Numbered from the stretch's first letter, positions 11,096 to 21,383 are shown. The stretch: DNA of 59,175 nucleotides from an uncultured Clostridia bacterium (GCA_947631415.1 CANRLG010000006.1:1-59175); one strand, 5' to 3'. Program-made: numbers and translations. Notes: generated by a model not told the origin, from the sequence alone.

Positions 11096-11368
11096 TTAAA
11101 ACCACATAAATGATGCATAAGCTGTTAAAATTATTAATATCTTTATTACTAATAATACTCCTGTTATAGATAATCCAACTATTCCTGTAACTTTACCTGC
11201 AACACTTATTTTACTTCCAACGATATCTCTGCCCTTATTTCCTGTAATTATTGCAACAATGCCTGTAGGAACAGAAATATACCAAAAGAAACTAAAAATT
11301 ATTGAAATAATTCCAAGAGTAAGTGAAGCTACACCATAAGGTGATTTTCTTTTAATTAATGTATTCAT
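11096..11368 (-). CDS. Small two-TM membrane protein (DUF4190-like)
   Basis: GVASLTLGIISI...AGKVTGIVGL pattern; GGAGG RBS. Confidence 0.6.
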   Translation of the reverse strand: MNTLIKRKSPYGVASLTLGIISIIFSFFWYISVPTGIVAIITGNKGRDIVGSKISVAGKVTGIVGLSITGVLLVIKILIILTAYASFMWF

Positions 11369-11380
11369 ATATTCTACCTC

Positions 11381-11671
11381 CTACACAAGCATTACATATT
11401 CTGAGAATAAAATTAAAAATGCTGTAATATATATCATTGCACAAAAAACAATTCCAATTATTGATAATACCATTGAAACTTTTGAAATAAAGTTTCCATC
11501 TTCTTTAATTCTTATAGTAGCTAATATAATAGCAAACACAGCAAGAGGAATTGATATATACCAAAAAGATACAGATATAATTGAAAATATAGACATAATC
11601 AATACTATAACACTATTGACATTAGCTAAATTTTTTATATTAAATTTCTTTGCCATTTTTTCATTTTCCAT
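11381..11671 (-). CDS. Small membrane protein, probable paralog of 11096-11368
   Basis: Shares FWYIS[VI]P motif and TM layout with its neighbour. Confidence 0.6.
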   Translation of the reverse strand: MENEKMAKKFNIKNLANVNSVIVLIMSIFSIISVSFWYISIPLAVFAIILATIRIKEDGNFISKVSMVLSIIGIVFCAMIYITAFLILFSEYVMLV

Positions 11672-11672
11672 A

Positions 11673-13673
11673 CTATATATCCTCCTCTATCAATACTGTA
11701 CTTAGTTCTTCTAAAGTATCTAAATTATTTACTTTAATCATTCCTTGAGATACTGTATATAAATAATCTTTAATGTATACTCCTCTAATTAAATTTGAAC
11801 CTTTATATTCAGTTTCTGTGTCGTGATTTATTAAACCTTTTGAAGTAAATCCATCATCTAAATTTATATTATATACAAGATATCCTTCACTATCATACTT
11901 TTCCAAATCGCTTTTGTATGATGAAGTGATCTCTTTTATATTATTATTTTTTACAGATATTTCTAGTTCATCGCTACGTGTTTTTACTGGTATTGCTATA
12001 ATACCTTTTTCTTTTGAAAATAAAAGTGCTTTATGATTTGTAAGTATAGCAGAGCTTGTACGACTATCTCCTATTTTTGTACTAGACATTAATATTGGAT
12101 TTTTAATATTTGTTACATCAAATAGAGCCATTTTCATTCCAGTTATTACAGAATAAGTAGATGTTACTTTTCCTGCTGAATTTCTTATCGTTCTTACTTC
12201 ACTATCATATCCAATACCAATTAGATGATTTTCATCATAAGGATGTAAATATAGGCTATAGCCATCTAGTTGTAATTCTCCTATAATCTCAGGTGATTTT
12301 GGATTAGATAAATCTACACAAAACAATGGGTCAGTATTCAAATATGTAACTAAATATCCTTTTTCTCCAATAAATCTTGATGAGTACATTCTTTCTCCTT
12401 TAGCTACTAGTTCTGACTCTCCTATAAGTTTCATCTTATCGCTATATACAGATATTTTTGAACCTTGTTCTGTATATAATGCAACTCTTAAATTAGAATT
12501 ATATTCATCTAATGAAAACTGGTCTATTGTATAACCATCTGCTTTTCCATTTCCTACATATTTAACTTCTCCATTATTAAGATTAAATTTATATATTGTA
12601 CTTTCATAATTATTTTCCTCGGCATCAATTATTATGTCATTAAATTCCTTTATAGCTCCTTTTGGTCCTAAAAGCCCAAAAATAATCTTTAAAGGGCTAT
12701 AATAAATTTCATCGTAAAAATAATTTTCAGTAACAAAATACATACTATTTTCTGAAACGTATAAATTATCTAGAGATAATAAATATATACTAACATTTAC
12801 TTTAGAATTTTCATCATCTAAATTTAAAGTTGAAATTATTGTACTATCATCTGTATCTTTGCCTCTAAAATAATAAATATCATCATAATCTACATATCTA
12901 GTTATTGAATTTTCGACATAAGAAACATCTGCTTTACCATTTATTTCATCTAGATATCCTGTTGAAAATACATATAATTTTCCATCTACAATTCTAGAAG
13001 TATAATAATCGTTATTTACACTATATGCTTCTATTTTATATGGATTTTCTTTTGATGTAATATCATAGACTTCAACAGCTGTGCCATCAGAAACATCAGA
13101 TATTACTATCAATTTGTTATTATATAGTAATATTTCTTGTGGGGCACTAGAAGAATAACTTTTACTTGAAAGTTCACACACTACAACAGGACTTTCTTGA
13201 TTAGAAACATCTGTTATTATTACTTTATCATTAGATAAAGAATATATGTAATTCCCATCTGTTTTAATTACATCTGCCTCATCTACATTTTCTACTTGAA
13301 CATTTGTAGTAGAATAATCTTTAGTTCCATTTATTGATGAGTCTGAATTAGATGATGTAGAACTTTCCGCTATGTTATATATATCCTCAGGTCTTCTCCC
13401 ACCTTGAAAATCAGAAGCACTATCAACAACGTATCCAGTAGAAACTTCGCTAAACTCATTACCAAGCCATGGAAATGCTAAAGCCATATATAATAATTGC
13501 TTAACTCCTTGGTAATTATCATCATAAATACCTGAAACTTCATTTAGTTTATCTTGTGATTTTACGCTTATTGGTCCTTCATTTTTTATACTAAAAATCC
13601 AACTTAAAGCGACAATGCCCAAAAGCATAATAACAATAACTATAATTGTAATTTTAGACTTAAATACTTTCAT
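11673..13673 (-). CDS. Secreted beta-propeller domain protein
   Basis: YSTTNVQVENVDEADVIKTDG, YLVTYLNTDPLF, YLHPYDENHLIGIG; N-terminal TM. Confidence 0.85.
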   Translation of the reverse strand: MKVFKSKITIIVIVIMLLGIVALSWIFSIKNEGPISVKSQDKLNEVSGIYDDNYQGVKQLLYMALAFPWLGNEFSEVSTGYVVDSASDFQGGRRPEDIYNIAESSTSSNSDSSINGTKDYSTTNVQVENVDEADVIKTDGNYIYSLSNDKVIITDVSNQESPVVVCELSSKSYSSSAPQEILLYNNKLIVISDVSDGTAVEVYDITSKENPYKIEAYSVNNDYYTSRIVDGKLYVFSTGYLDEINGKADVSYVENSITRYVDYDDIYYFRGKDTDDSTIISTLNLDDENSKVNVSIYLLSLDNLYVSENSMYFVTENYFYDEIYYSPLKIIFGLLGPKGAIKEFNDIIIDAEENNYESTIYKFNLNNGEVKYVGNGKADGYTIDQFSLDEYNSNLRVALYTEQGSKISVYSDKMKLIGESELVAKGERMYSSRFIGEKGYLVTYLNTDPLFCVDLSNPKSPEIIGELQLDGYSLYLHPYDENHLIGIGYDSEVRTIRNSAGKVTSTYSVITGMKMALFDVTNIKNPILMSSTKIGDSRTSSAILTNHKALLFSKEKGIIAIPVKTRSDELEISVKNNNIKEITSSYKSDLEKYDSEGYLVYNINLDDGFTSKGLINHDTETEYKGSNLIRGVYIKDYLYTVSQGMIKVNNLDTLEELSTVLIEEDI

Positions 13674-13768
13674 ATATAAACCTCCACATATTTTAATTAT
13701 ATATTAGTTAAAAAACAATTTTCAACAAAAAAAAATAAACTAGTAAAAATACTAGTTTTATGTTTCAT

Positions 13769-14326
13769 TTATATTATTGAAAGATGTTCAAGTAATATTT
13801 TTAATCCTATTAGAATTAAAATAATTCCACCCATTAACTCTGCCTTATTTTTATATTTTTCTCCAAAAATATGTCCAATTTTAACACCTACAACTGAAAA
13901 TACAAATGTGGTAATTCCAATAATTAATATAGAAAGTAAAATATTTACTTTCAAAAATGCAAATGTAATTCCTACAGCAAGAGCATCTATACTTGTTGCT
14001 ATTGCAAGAGGTAGCATAGTTTTAAAATCTAAATTAGAATTTATATTTTCATCATCCCCTAGTGACTCTCTTATCATATTGAAACCAATTATCCCTAAAA
14101 GGACAAATGCTATCCAATGGTCTATACTTTGCACAAATGATTGAAAACCAATACCTAATATATATCCAATAAGTGGCATTAATGCTTGAAAGCCACCAAA
14201 ATATACACCACATATAGCCATTTGCTTAAATTTAACTTTTTTTAAAGATAATCCCTTACAAATTGACACAGCAAAAGCATCCATAGATAATCCTATGGCA
14301 ATAAATAGTAATTCTAGTAATTTCAT
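13769..14326 (-). CDS. mntP: Manganese efflux pump MntP
   Basis: [10 protein letters not shown] and [10 protein letters not shown] motifs; ATG after GGAGG. Confidence 0.9.
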   Translation of the reverse strand: MKLLELLFIAIGLSMDAFAVSICKGLSLKKVKFKQMAICGVYFGGFQALMPLIGYILGIGFQSFVQSIDHWIAFVLLGIIGFNMIRESLGDDENINSNLDFKTMLPLAIATSIDALAVGITFAFLKVNILLSILIIGITTFVFSVVGVKIGHIFGEKYKNKAELMGGIILILIGLKILLEHLSII

Positions 14327-14397
14327 CTTTTTTCCTCCAAACAACAAAAGTAAAACTAGTACAGTTTATGTACTAGCTCTACCTATTTTTTCTATTA

Positions 14398-14937
14398 TTA
14401 ATAATTTTCAGCTTTTATTTCAAAATATGCTTTTGGATGAGAACATACAGGGCATACTTCTGGAGCTTTTTCTCCTACGTGAATATGTCCGCAATTTCTA
14501 CATTTCCAAACTTTAACTTCTCCACATTCAAATACTTTACCACTTTCAACATTTTCAAGTAGTTTTAAGTATCTTTCTTCGTGTTCTTTTTCTATTTTTC
14601 CTACTGCATCAAATAAATATGCAATTCTATCAAAACCTTCTTCTTTAGCTTCTTTAGCCATTCTTGCATACATATCTGTCCATTCAAAATTTTCACCATG
14701 AGCAGCAGCTTTTAGATTTTCTATTGTTGATGGGACATCTCCTGAATTTAATTCTTTGAACCATAATTTAGCATGTTCTTTTTCATTATCTGCAGTTTCT
14801 AAAAATATAGCTGCAATTTGTTCATAACCTTCTTTTTTAGCTTTTGAAGCAAAATATGTGTACTTATTTCTTGCTTGTGATTCTCCAGCAAAAGCTTCCA
14901 TTAAATTTTTTTCTGTTTTTGAACCTTTTAATTCCAT
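14398..14937 (-). CDS. rbr: Rubrerythrin
   Basis: [26 protein letters not shown] twice, C-terminal CRNC...CPVC rubredoxin domain. Confidence 0.93.
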   Translation of the reverse strand: MELKGSKTEKNLMEAFAGESQARNKYTYFASKAKKEGYEQIAAIFLETADNEKEHAKLWFKELNSGDVPSTIENLKAAAHGENFEWTDMYARMAKEAKEEGFDRIAYLFDAVGKIEKEHEERYLKLLENVESGKVFECGEVKVWKCRNCGHIHVGEKAPEVCPVCSHPKAYFEIKAENY

Positions 14938-14989
14938 TTCTATTCCTCCATTAAAATCAAATTTAAAGTCCATGACTTCATACATTGAG

Positions 14990-15035
14990 ATTATATCACA
15001 AAGATATTTTAAAAGCAAACGAATAATTATAGTTT
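14990..15035 (-). promoter_or_regulatory. SigA promoter of rbr with an AT-rich near-palindrome at -35 (possible PerR/Fur-type operator)
   Basis: TTGCTT-17 nt-TATAAT; AAACgaATAATTATAGTTT at 15017-15035. Operator identity is inference. Confidence 0.5.
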
Positions 15036-15174
15036 CTTTTGCTTTTTCTTCTCAATTTCTACATTATATTTTATTCAAATCAATTTTATGTTGATTTTAT
15101 GTAAAATCTATGTTATACTTTTAAGAGCTTTACGATATTCTACCTAAAAATAAATATTGAAAGGAGAAAAATAT

Positions 15175-16749
15175 ATGAATGTATTGCAAGTATCAGGTTT
15201 TCCAAATAGTGGTGCTGGTAGTGGTACTCTTATGACTACTCAAGCAGAAGATTTAATAAAAAAAGGACATAACGTTCACACTATTATTTCAGAAAACCAA
15301 ACAGATTTTCCAAGACTTGAAGGAAATGGTTACACAATGATTCCATTTACTGCTCAGAAAAATCCAGAGGCTATTGAAGGTCAACTACCTTTTAATTTTC
15401 CAATGTTTACGACTCATACTCGTAGCACTGAATCATTTTGGAATTTATCTATGGAGCAAATTGAACAAATTGAAGAAAAATATAGACAAGCTATAGCTTC
15501 TGAAATTGAACAATTTAATCCTGATGTCATTCACGGTCAACACCTATGGCTACATTCTGGAATATGTTCAGAATTTGATAAACCACTTGTTATTACCGTA
15601 CATGGAACAGATTTAATGGGAATACAAGAAGCCAAAAAAAGAGCTTCTCAAGCTATTAGAACTCTAAGAAATCCTATGACTTCAGATGAGGATAAAAGAA
15701 AAGCTAACTTAGAACTTGACAGAGCTATTCACTATGCTGAATTAGCAAAAAAAGGTGCTCTTTCTGCACAGAAAATTCTAGTTATCTCTCAAGACCAAAA
15801 AGAAAAATTACATTCGCTTTTTCCAGATTTAGACTCAAAAGTTGAATTACTAAAAAATGGATATAATCCTCAGGTCTTCTATCCTGTAGAAGATGTAGAT
15901 AAAGAAGCAGTATTAGGTTCACTTACCGCATCAAATACAGAAGATGGCATAGTACCTACAGACTATGATAATATGGCTTTATTTGTTGGAAAATTTGCAG
16001 ATTTTAAGGGAATAGACTTCATATTAGATGCTGCAAATAAATATGAAAAAACACAACAAAAACAAGGAAAAAAAGCTATTACCATAATTGTTGGTTCTGG
16101 AGATAAAGAAGAAGAACTTCAAGCACAAGCTAGAAGATTAGGCTTAACTAATACATTTTTTGTTGGAAGACAAAATCATGAAGTTATACGTAACCTTCAA
16201 GCTCTTGCAGATGTATCTCTTGTACCTTCAAGAGATGAGCCTTTTGGACTTGTTGTTATTGAGGCCACTGCTTGTGGTAATCCAGTAATTGGTACAAATT
16301 CAGGTGGTATTCCTGATATAATGAATACAACTGGAAGAAAAATTAAAACGGATTATGATTTTGCCTATGATGCACAAAATCCAACTATTGTACCACCAGA
16401 TTATGGTACAGCTGGAACATACACAACTGACTTGGGTATGCTAATTCCTTATGCTCTTACAGGAGAAACAGATGAACATGGAAAGCCTATTGAAGATAGA
16501 AAAGTAATTGTTGATTCTTTAGCTAATGCAGTTAACTTAATTTTTGATGGAGAACGCACTTTTGATAGTAAGAAAATTGCTGAATATACTAGAAAACATT
16601 ATGACCAAAGCGTTATTAATGACAGACTAATTGATGTTTTTGAGAATGCAATTTTAATACACAAAAGGAATTCTGCTCCACCATCTCAGCCTCATGGCAA
16701 AAAAATTATTACACTTCAAAGACGGAAAAGGAGGCATATCAATAGATGA
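15175..16749 (+). CDS. GT4 (GT-B) glycosyltransferase, paralog 1
   Basis: HGTDL, FVGKFADFKG, PSRDEPFGLVVIEA, GGIPDI; AAGGAG RBS. C-terminus may be recoded (see findings). Confidence 0.85.
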   Translation: MNVLQVSGFPNSGAGSGTLMTTQAEDLIKKGHNVHTIISENQTDFPRLEGNGYTMIPFTAQKNPEAIEGQLPFNFPMFTTHTRSTESFWNLSMEQIEQIEEKYRQAIASEIEQFNPDVIHGQHLWLHSGICSEFDKPLVITVHGTDLMGIQEAKKRASQAIRTLRNPMTSDEDKRKANLELDRAIHYAELAKKGALSAQKILVISQDQKEKLHSLFPDLDSKVELLKNGYNPQVFYPVEDVDKEAVLGSLTASNTEDGIVPTDYDNMALFVGKFADFKGIDFILDAANKYEKTQQKQGKKAITIIVGSGDKEEELQAQARRLGLTNTFFVGRQNHEVIRNLQALADVSLVPSRDEPFGLVVIEATACGNPVIGTNSGGIPDIMNTTGRKIKTDYDFAYDAQNPTIVPPDYGTAGTYTTDLGMLIPYALTGETDEHGKPIEDRKVIVDSLANAVNLIFDGERTFDSKKIAEYTRKHYDQSVINDRLIDVFENAILIHKRNSAPPSQPHGKKIITLQRRKRRHINR

Positions 16750-16798
16750 TGACTAACAGTTAACAAATTTACTTTTTCTTAAAAATGCAAAAAAAAAT

Positions 16799-16827
16799 CA
16801 CTTCTATTTTTATAGAAGTGTTTTTTT
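16799..16827. terminator. Bidirectional intrinsic terminator
   Basis: CACTTCTAT/ATAGAAGTG stem flanked by A and T runs. Confidence 0.75.
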
Positions 16828-16939
16828 ATACTAATTTTATAGTAGTAAATCCTACTATATACCCTATCAAAAATAGACAACCCATAAAAATTGCCATGTT
16901 TACTTTACTAGCTGTTACTGTATAATACATTTTTCTCAT
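16826..16939 (-). CDS. Unannotated 37-aa single-TM protein
   Basis: MRKMYYTVTASKVNMAIFMGCLFLIGYIVGFTTIKLV; AAAGGA upstream, TGtTATAAT further up, stop abuts terminator. Confidence 0.6.
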   Translation of the reverse strand: MRKMYYTVTASKVNMAIFMGCLFLIGYIVGFTTIKLV

Positions 16940-17026
16940 TTTTTACTTCATTCCTTTCTACGTTTAAAACTACATTTATTATTACATTTTTAATTATAAC
17001 ATAACATAATGAATAACTTAAGGTTT

Positions 17027-17043
17027 TTCACAAAAAATTCACA
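17027..17043. promoter_or_regulatory. TTCACA-N5-TTCACA direct repeat (OmpR/PhoP/WalR-like box)
   Basis: Two hexamers at 11-bp spacing between the divergent small ORF and GT4 paralog 2. Confidence 0.35.
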
Positions 17044-17135
17044 ATTATTATGTAAAATAGTGGCTCTTTTTTATTGCTTTTTATTCTATTATGTGATATC
17101 ATATACAAGTAATTTTATTCAAGGAGGAATTATTA

Positions 17136-18581
17136 ATGAAAATATTAGAAGTAACAGGATTTCCGAACAATGGTGCTGGTAGTGGTACTCTTATGACTAG
17201 TCAAACAATCGCTTTCTTAAAAGATGGTCATGAAGTACACACTATATTATCTGAAAATACTACAACTTTTCCAAAAGTTGAAGGTTCACAATATAGACTT
17301 GTAGCTTTTACAGCAGATACAAAAGACCATGAAGTAATAGATAACCAACTACCATTTAACTTTCCAATGTTTACTACTCATACTCGTAGCACAGAAACAT
17401 TTTGGAATGTTAAATTGGAACAAATACATAGTATAGAAGAAAAATATAGAGAAGCAATTTCAAAAGAAATGGAAACATATAAACCAGAAGTAATTCATGC
17501 ACAACATAACTGGATACATGCTGCAATATGTACTGAATTTAATGTTCCAGTTGTTGTAACAATACATGGTACAGACTTAATGGGATATGAAAGAATTTTA
17601 AAAGAAATTCCAGAAATTGAAGCTCAACTTGAAAATTCTTCTCTTTCAGATGCTGAAAGAACATCTCTTAATGAAACTTTAGAAAAATATAACTATTACA
17701 AAATAAGAGCTGAAAAATCTGCTAAAGATAGTTCTGCTATTATTGTTATATCTCAAGACCAAGAAAATAAATTTAATACTCTATTCCCTGGTTTATCTGA
17801 AAAAGTTCATTTCATTAAAAATGGATATAACACAGATTATTATCACTTGATAGATGATGTAGATAAAGATGAGTTCTTCTCTACTCTTACTTCAGCTAAT
17901 ACACCAAACAACAAAGTACCAACAGATTATGATAAATTGGTTACTTTCGTAGGAAAATTTGCAGACTTTAAAGGAATTGATGTCCTTCTTGATTCTGCTA
18001 AAAAATATGAAGCACAAATGCAACAAAAAGGTGAAAAAGTTATGACTGTAATTGTTGGTTCAGGAGCATTAGATGCTCAACTAAAACAACAAGCCAAAGA
18101 CTTAGAATTAAAAAATGTACATTTTGTTGGTTTACAAACTCCAGATGTAATTTGTAAATTACAAAATTTATCTGATGTTTCTCTTGTACCATCAAGAAAC
18201 GAACCATTCGGACTTGTTGTTGTAGAAGGTCTTGCTTGTGGACATCCTGTAATTGCTACAAACGGTGGTGGTATTCCAGATATCTTAAATAATACAGGTA
18301 AAGAAATAAAAAAATTATATTCTCAAGAATATAAAAATGATGAAAACGTACTAGACCCAGATGCAGGAACAACAGGAACATACACAACTGACCTTGGTAT
18401 CCTAGTTCCAACAGATGATGCTTCTTCTCTTGCAGATGCAGTTGTAGATGTACTTGATGGAACAAAAACTTTTGATTGTGAGAAAATAGTAGATTATGCA
18501 AAAAACAACTATTCACAAGAAAAAATAAATAAAGATATTGCAAACTTATTTAAAAATTGTATAGATAATTACTCTAAATAG
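17136..18581 (+). CDS. GT4 glycosyltransferase, paralog 2
   Basis: Same motifs as paralog 1 (GAGSGTLM, FNFPMFTTHTRS, EPFGLVVVEG); AAGGAGG RBS. Confidence 0.85.
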   Translation: MKILEVTGFPNNGAGSGTLMTSQTIAFLKDGHEVHTILSENTTTFPKVEGSQYRLVAFTADTKDHEVIDNQLPFNFPMFTTHTRSTETFWNVKLEQIHSIEEKYREAISKEMETYKPEVIHAQHNWIHAAICTEFNVPVVVTIHGTDLMGYERILKEIPEIEAQLENSSLSDAERTSLNETLEKYNYYKIRAEKSAKDSSAIIVISQDQENKFNTLFPGLSEKVHFIKNGYNTDYYHLIDDVDKDEFFSTLTSANTPNNKVPTDYDKLVTFVGKFADFKGIDVLLDSAKKYEAQMQQKGEKVMTVIVGSGALDAQLKQQAKDLELKNVHFVGLQTPDVICKLQNLSDVSLVPSRNEPFGLVVVEGLACGHPVIATNGGGIPDILNNTGKEIKKLYSQEYKNDENVLDPDAGTTGTYTTDLGILVPTDDASSLADAVVDVLDGTKTFDCEKIVDYAKNNYSQEKINKDIANLFKNCIDNYSK

Positions 18582-18585
18582 GAAA

Positions 18586-18622
18586 AAAATGACTACGCTA
18601 TTAATTGCGTAGTTATTTTTTT
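18586..18622. terminator. Bidirectional terminator
   Basis: AAAAT(G)ACTACGC/GCGTAGTTATTTT stem between convergent genes. Confidence 0.7.
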
Positions 18623-19649
18623 ATTTACAAACTTCTTGTATTATACTTTTATACTGCTTTACACATTCTTTTAAACTCTCTATACTAATATGTTCATCTA
18701 TTTCATGTGCTGTAACAGGGCCTACACCTAGTATCATTCTCTTTCCTTCAACAAAACTTGCCTCTGTCATAAATCCAGCAGTCTTTTTCTCTTTAATAAA
18801 TTCTATATCATTATTAAAAGTTTTTACATCAACATCTATTTCATAACTGCCATCATATTTAGTACATAATTGTTTTATCTTTTCTTCTAGCATATCTCTA
18901 TGTTTATTATCCACTGTTCTAAAATCTATATAGCTCATACATTTTGCCGCTACTGAATTTATTGCACTTCCGCCATTAATAAGTCCAACATTCATTGTAG
19001 TAAAAGGTACTTCATAAATATCCCTCTCATCATTTTTAATATTTTCTGTATAATAATCTTCGAGTTCTGCAATTAATCTTATCATTGAAGAATTAGCACT
19101 TTTCCCCTTATGTGGAGTACTAGAATGTACTTTTATACCATTAGTAAATAATCTTAATGAAAAAAGTCCTTTGCAACCAGTCATAATTTCATTATTTGTT
19201 GGCTCTCCAATTATTAAGTATTCAGGTAATGTAATATTGCTGTTAATGACTTCATATATGCCTTTAAATCCAATTTCTTCATCATAAGTTATAATTATCT
19301 TAATTCCATATTTTAACTCTTTTAAATCTATTTCAGAGATTGCTTGTAAAAAACTAGCAATTCCACCTTTCATATCTGAAGAACCAAGACCATATAACAT
19401 ATTGTCTTTTTGAGTCAATATATGTGGATTAGTTTTCCATCCCTCAATAAACTCTACTGTATCACTATGTCCTATAAATCCAATTTTAGGATTAGTGCCA
19501 TAATTTAATACTAAATATTTATCTCTAATTTCAGTTTTAAATCCTAGTTTATTACAATAATTTTCAATATAATCCAGTATTTGAACATTTTCTTTATCTT
19601 TTATAGTATCAAATTTAACTAAATCACTTAAAATATTTATTACATTCAT
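18621..19649 (-). CDS. M20 family metallo-amidohydrolase (ArgE/DapE-like)
   Basis: GHSDTV, GLGSSDMKGG, DEEIG, IGEPT, AHEIDE. Confidence 0.8.
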   Translation of the reverse strand: MNVINILSDLVKFDTIKDKENVQILDYIENYCNKLGFKTEIRDKYLVLNYGTNPKIGFIGHSDTVEFIEGWKTNPHILTQKDNMLYGLGSSDMKGGIASFLQAISEIDLKELKYGIKIIITYDEEIGFKGIYEVINSNITLPEYLIIGEPTNNEIMTGCKGLFSLRLFTNGIKVHSSTPHKGKSANSSMIRLIAELEDYYTENIKNDERDIYEVPFTTMNVGLINGGSAINSVAAKCMSYIDFRTVDNKHRDMLEEKIKQLCTKYDGSYEIDVDVKTFNNDIEFIKEKKTAGFMTEASFVEGKRMILGVGPVTAHEIDEHISIESLKECVKQYKSIIQEVCK

Positions 19650-19666
19650 TTAATCTTTATGTCTCC

Positions 19667-20086
19667 TTAAAAGTTATATTCATCTAATTTTATATTATTC
19701 AAATAATTATATAATGCTCGTTTATCATTATCTACTGTATTATCTGGTATAGCATTTTTATCTATCCAAACAATTTCTTCACATTTATCTTCTTCCATAT
19801 TTTGCAATTTTCCTTCAAAATTACTTACGACATAATAATAATTGAAATAATCCTCTCTTTTTCCATTTCTTATTCCACAAACAAAATTCATATCTTCTGC
19901 TTTTATTACTACACCACATTCTTCTTTTACTTCTCTAATACCAGCCTGTTTCAATGATTCACCTTTTTCAACATGACCACCTACAAAAGCATAGTATCCA
20001 TCCATATAGCCTGTATTTTTTCTTTTTATCATACAAACTTTATTATCTTTTTGTATTATTACTTCTACTGTTAAACATGTCTCCAT
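19667..20086 (-). CDS. NUDIX hydrolase
   Basis: Nudix box GGHVEKGESLKQAGIREVKEECG. Confidence 0.9.
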   Translation of the reverse strand: METCLTVEVIIQKDNKVCMIKRKNTGYMDGYYAFVGGHVEKGESLKQAGIREVKEECGVVIKAEDMNFVCGIRNGKREDYFNYYYVVSNFEGKLQNMEEDKCEEIVWIDKNAIPDNTVDNDKRALYNYLNNIKLDEYNF

Positions 20087-20105
20087 TTTCTTTCTCCTAT
20101 AAATA

Positions 20106-20645
20106 TTATTCTAAAACATATCTCCAACCTGGTTGCCATGCTTTAGTTTTTCTCCAATCTGTTTCAATAGCCTCTTGCCATGTTTTTCCATGAGTTAATA
20201 CCTCAAGTGCAAGTTGAGGTGCTTTATGTGCAACAAGTGCTACTGTTTTACCTTCAAAATTGTCTTTTAAGTAATTACAGAAATCTTGCATCCTATTTTG
20301 TACATCTAGTAATGATTCTCCGTTTTCAAAACATTCATTAATATGGTCTTCATATACCACGCAGTCTAAATCTTTACCATTTAATGTACCATAGTTACAT
20401 TCTCTAATTCTACTATCATGTAAAATCTCTTTTTCTCCCTTAAATACATAATCTGCTGTTTGTATAGCTCTAGTTAAATCTGAAGAAATAACAATATCTA
20501 TTTCTTCCATATTAATATTTTCTTTTAATGCTTTAACTCTATCTATCCCTTTTTGACTTAATTCAACATCATTCCACCCTGCAGCTTTATGTGCTTCATT
20601 ATCTACGGTTGTTCCATGAACAAAATATATTATATTTACTGCCAT
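20106..20645 (-). CDS. Histidine phosphatase superfamily protein
   Basis: VHG (RHG variant), SSDLTRA, RECNYG, GES, VAH. Confidence 0.8.
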   Translation of the reverse strand: MAVNIIYFVHGTTVDNEAHKAAGWNDVELSQKGIDRVKALKENINMEEIDIVISSDLTRAIQTADYVFKGEKEILHDSRIRECNYGTLNGKDLDCVVYEDHINECFENGESLLDVQNRMQDFCNYLKDNFEGKTVALVAHKAPQLALEVLTHGKTWQEAIETDWRKTKAWQPGWRYVLE

Positions 20646-20648
20646 AAG

Positions 20649-21311
20649 CTAACTCTCCTTTTTTAACTCATTTTCTATTATCCATTTAATATCCTCAATA
20701 GATTTATCTATATTATATCTACCATTACCTACAGGATAATATACACTATAAAATTTATATTCATTATTATTGATATTTTTTGTATACAACTTTTTTCTAC
20801 TCTTAGATACAGATATGTTTTGCCCTAATACTATTGAGCTTACTTGATTACCAAATAATATCACTACTTTAGGTTTAATAATATCTATTTCTTTTTCTAA
20901 AAGTTCTAGATATTGCAAATACACATTATTTGGAATAGGTCTTGCATCAAGCTGAGTACATTTTCCAAGATTTGTTATGAAAAAATTATGATTTGTTACA
21001 TCTTCATAAACATTACTTGCAAAATCTTCTGTCCAATCATTTGGTTTAAATTCTTTTATCTTGTTGTATATATCTACATTCATTAAATCTACGTTAAAAA
21101 ATAAATCCCATATACCCTTTGTACCTATCCATGGAGCTTTTAACCCTTTCCAAGTTTTAGCTGAGGCAATATTCTTACCTGTAGGATTCATAAATACAAA
21201 ACATATATCTGGATTGCAACTACAACCTCCGTTATATATGGAATCTAGTTGTGGAGCTCCATATTTTAACTGCATTTTACTATATTCTTTATTCAATAAC
21301 TCTAAGTTCAT
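20649..21311 (-). CDS. Uracil-DNA glycosylase superfamily protein
   Basis: ITNLGKC and EIDIIKPKVVILFG fold motifs; catalytic motifs atypical. Confidence 0.65.
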   Translation of the reverse strand: MNLELLNKEYSKMQLKYGAPQLDSIYNGGCSCNPDICFVFMNPTGKNIASAKTWKGLKAPWIGTKGIWDLFFNVDLMNVDIYNKIKEFKPNDWTEDFASNVYEDVTNHNFFITNLGKCTQLDARPIPNNVYLQYLELLEKEIDIIKPKVVILFGNQVSSIVLGQNISVSKSRKKLYTKNINNNEYKFYSVYYPVGNGRYNIDKSIEDIKWIIENELKKES

Positions 21312-21383
21312 ATTATCCCCTAACTATTTTTTATTCCCTTTTTAACTAAAATTTTTCATCTTAGCTAGAAAGGGAATTTTACT

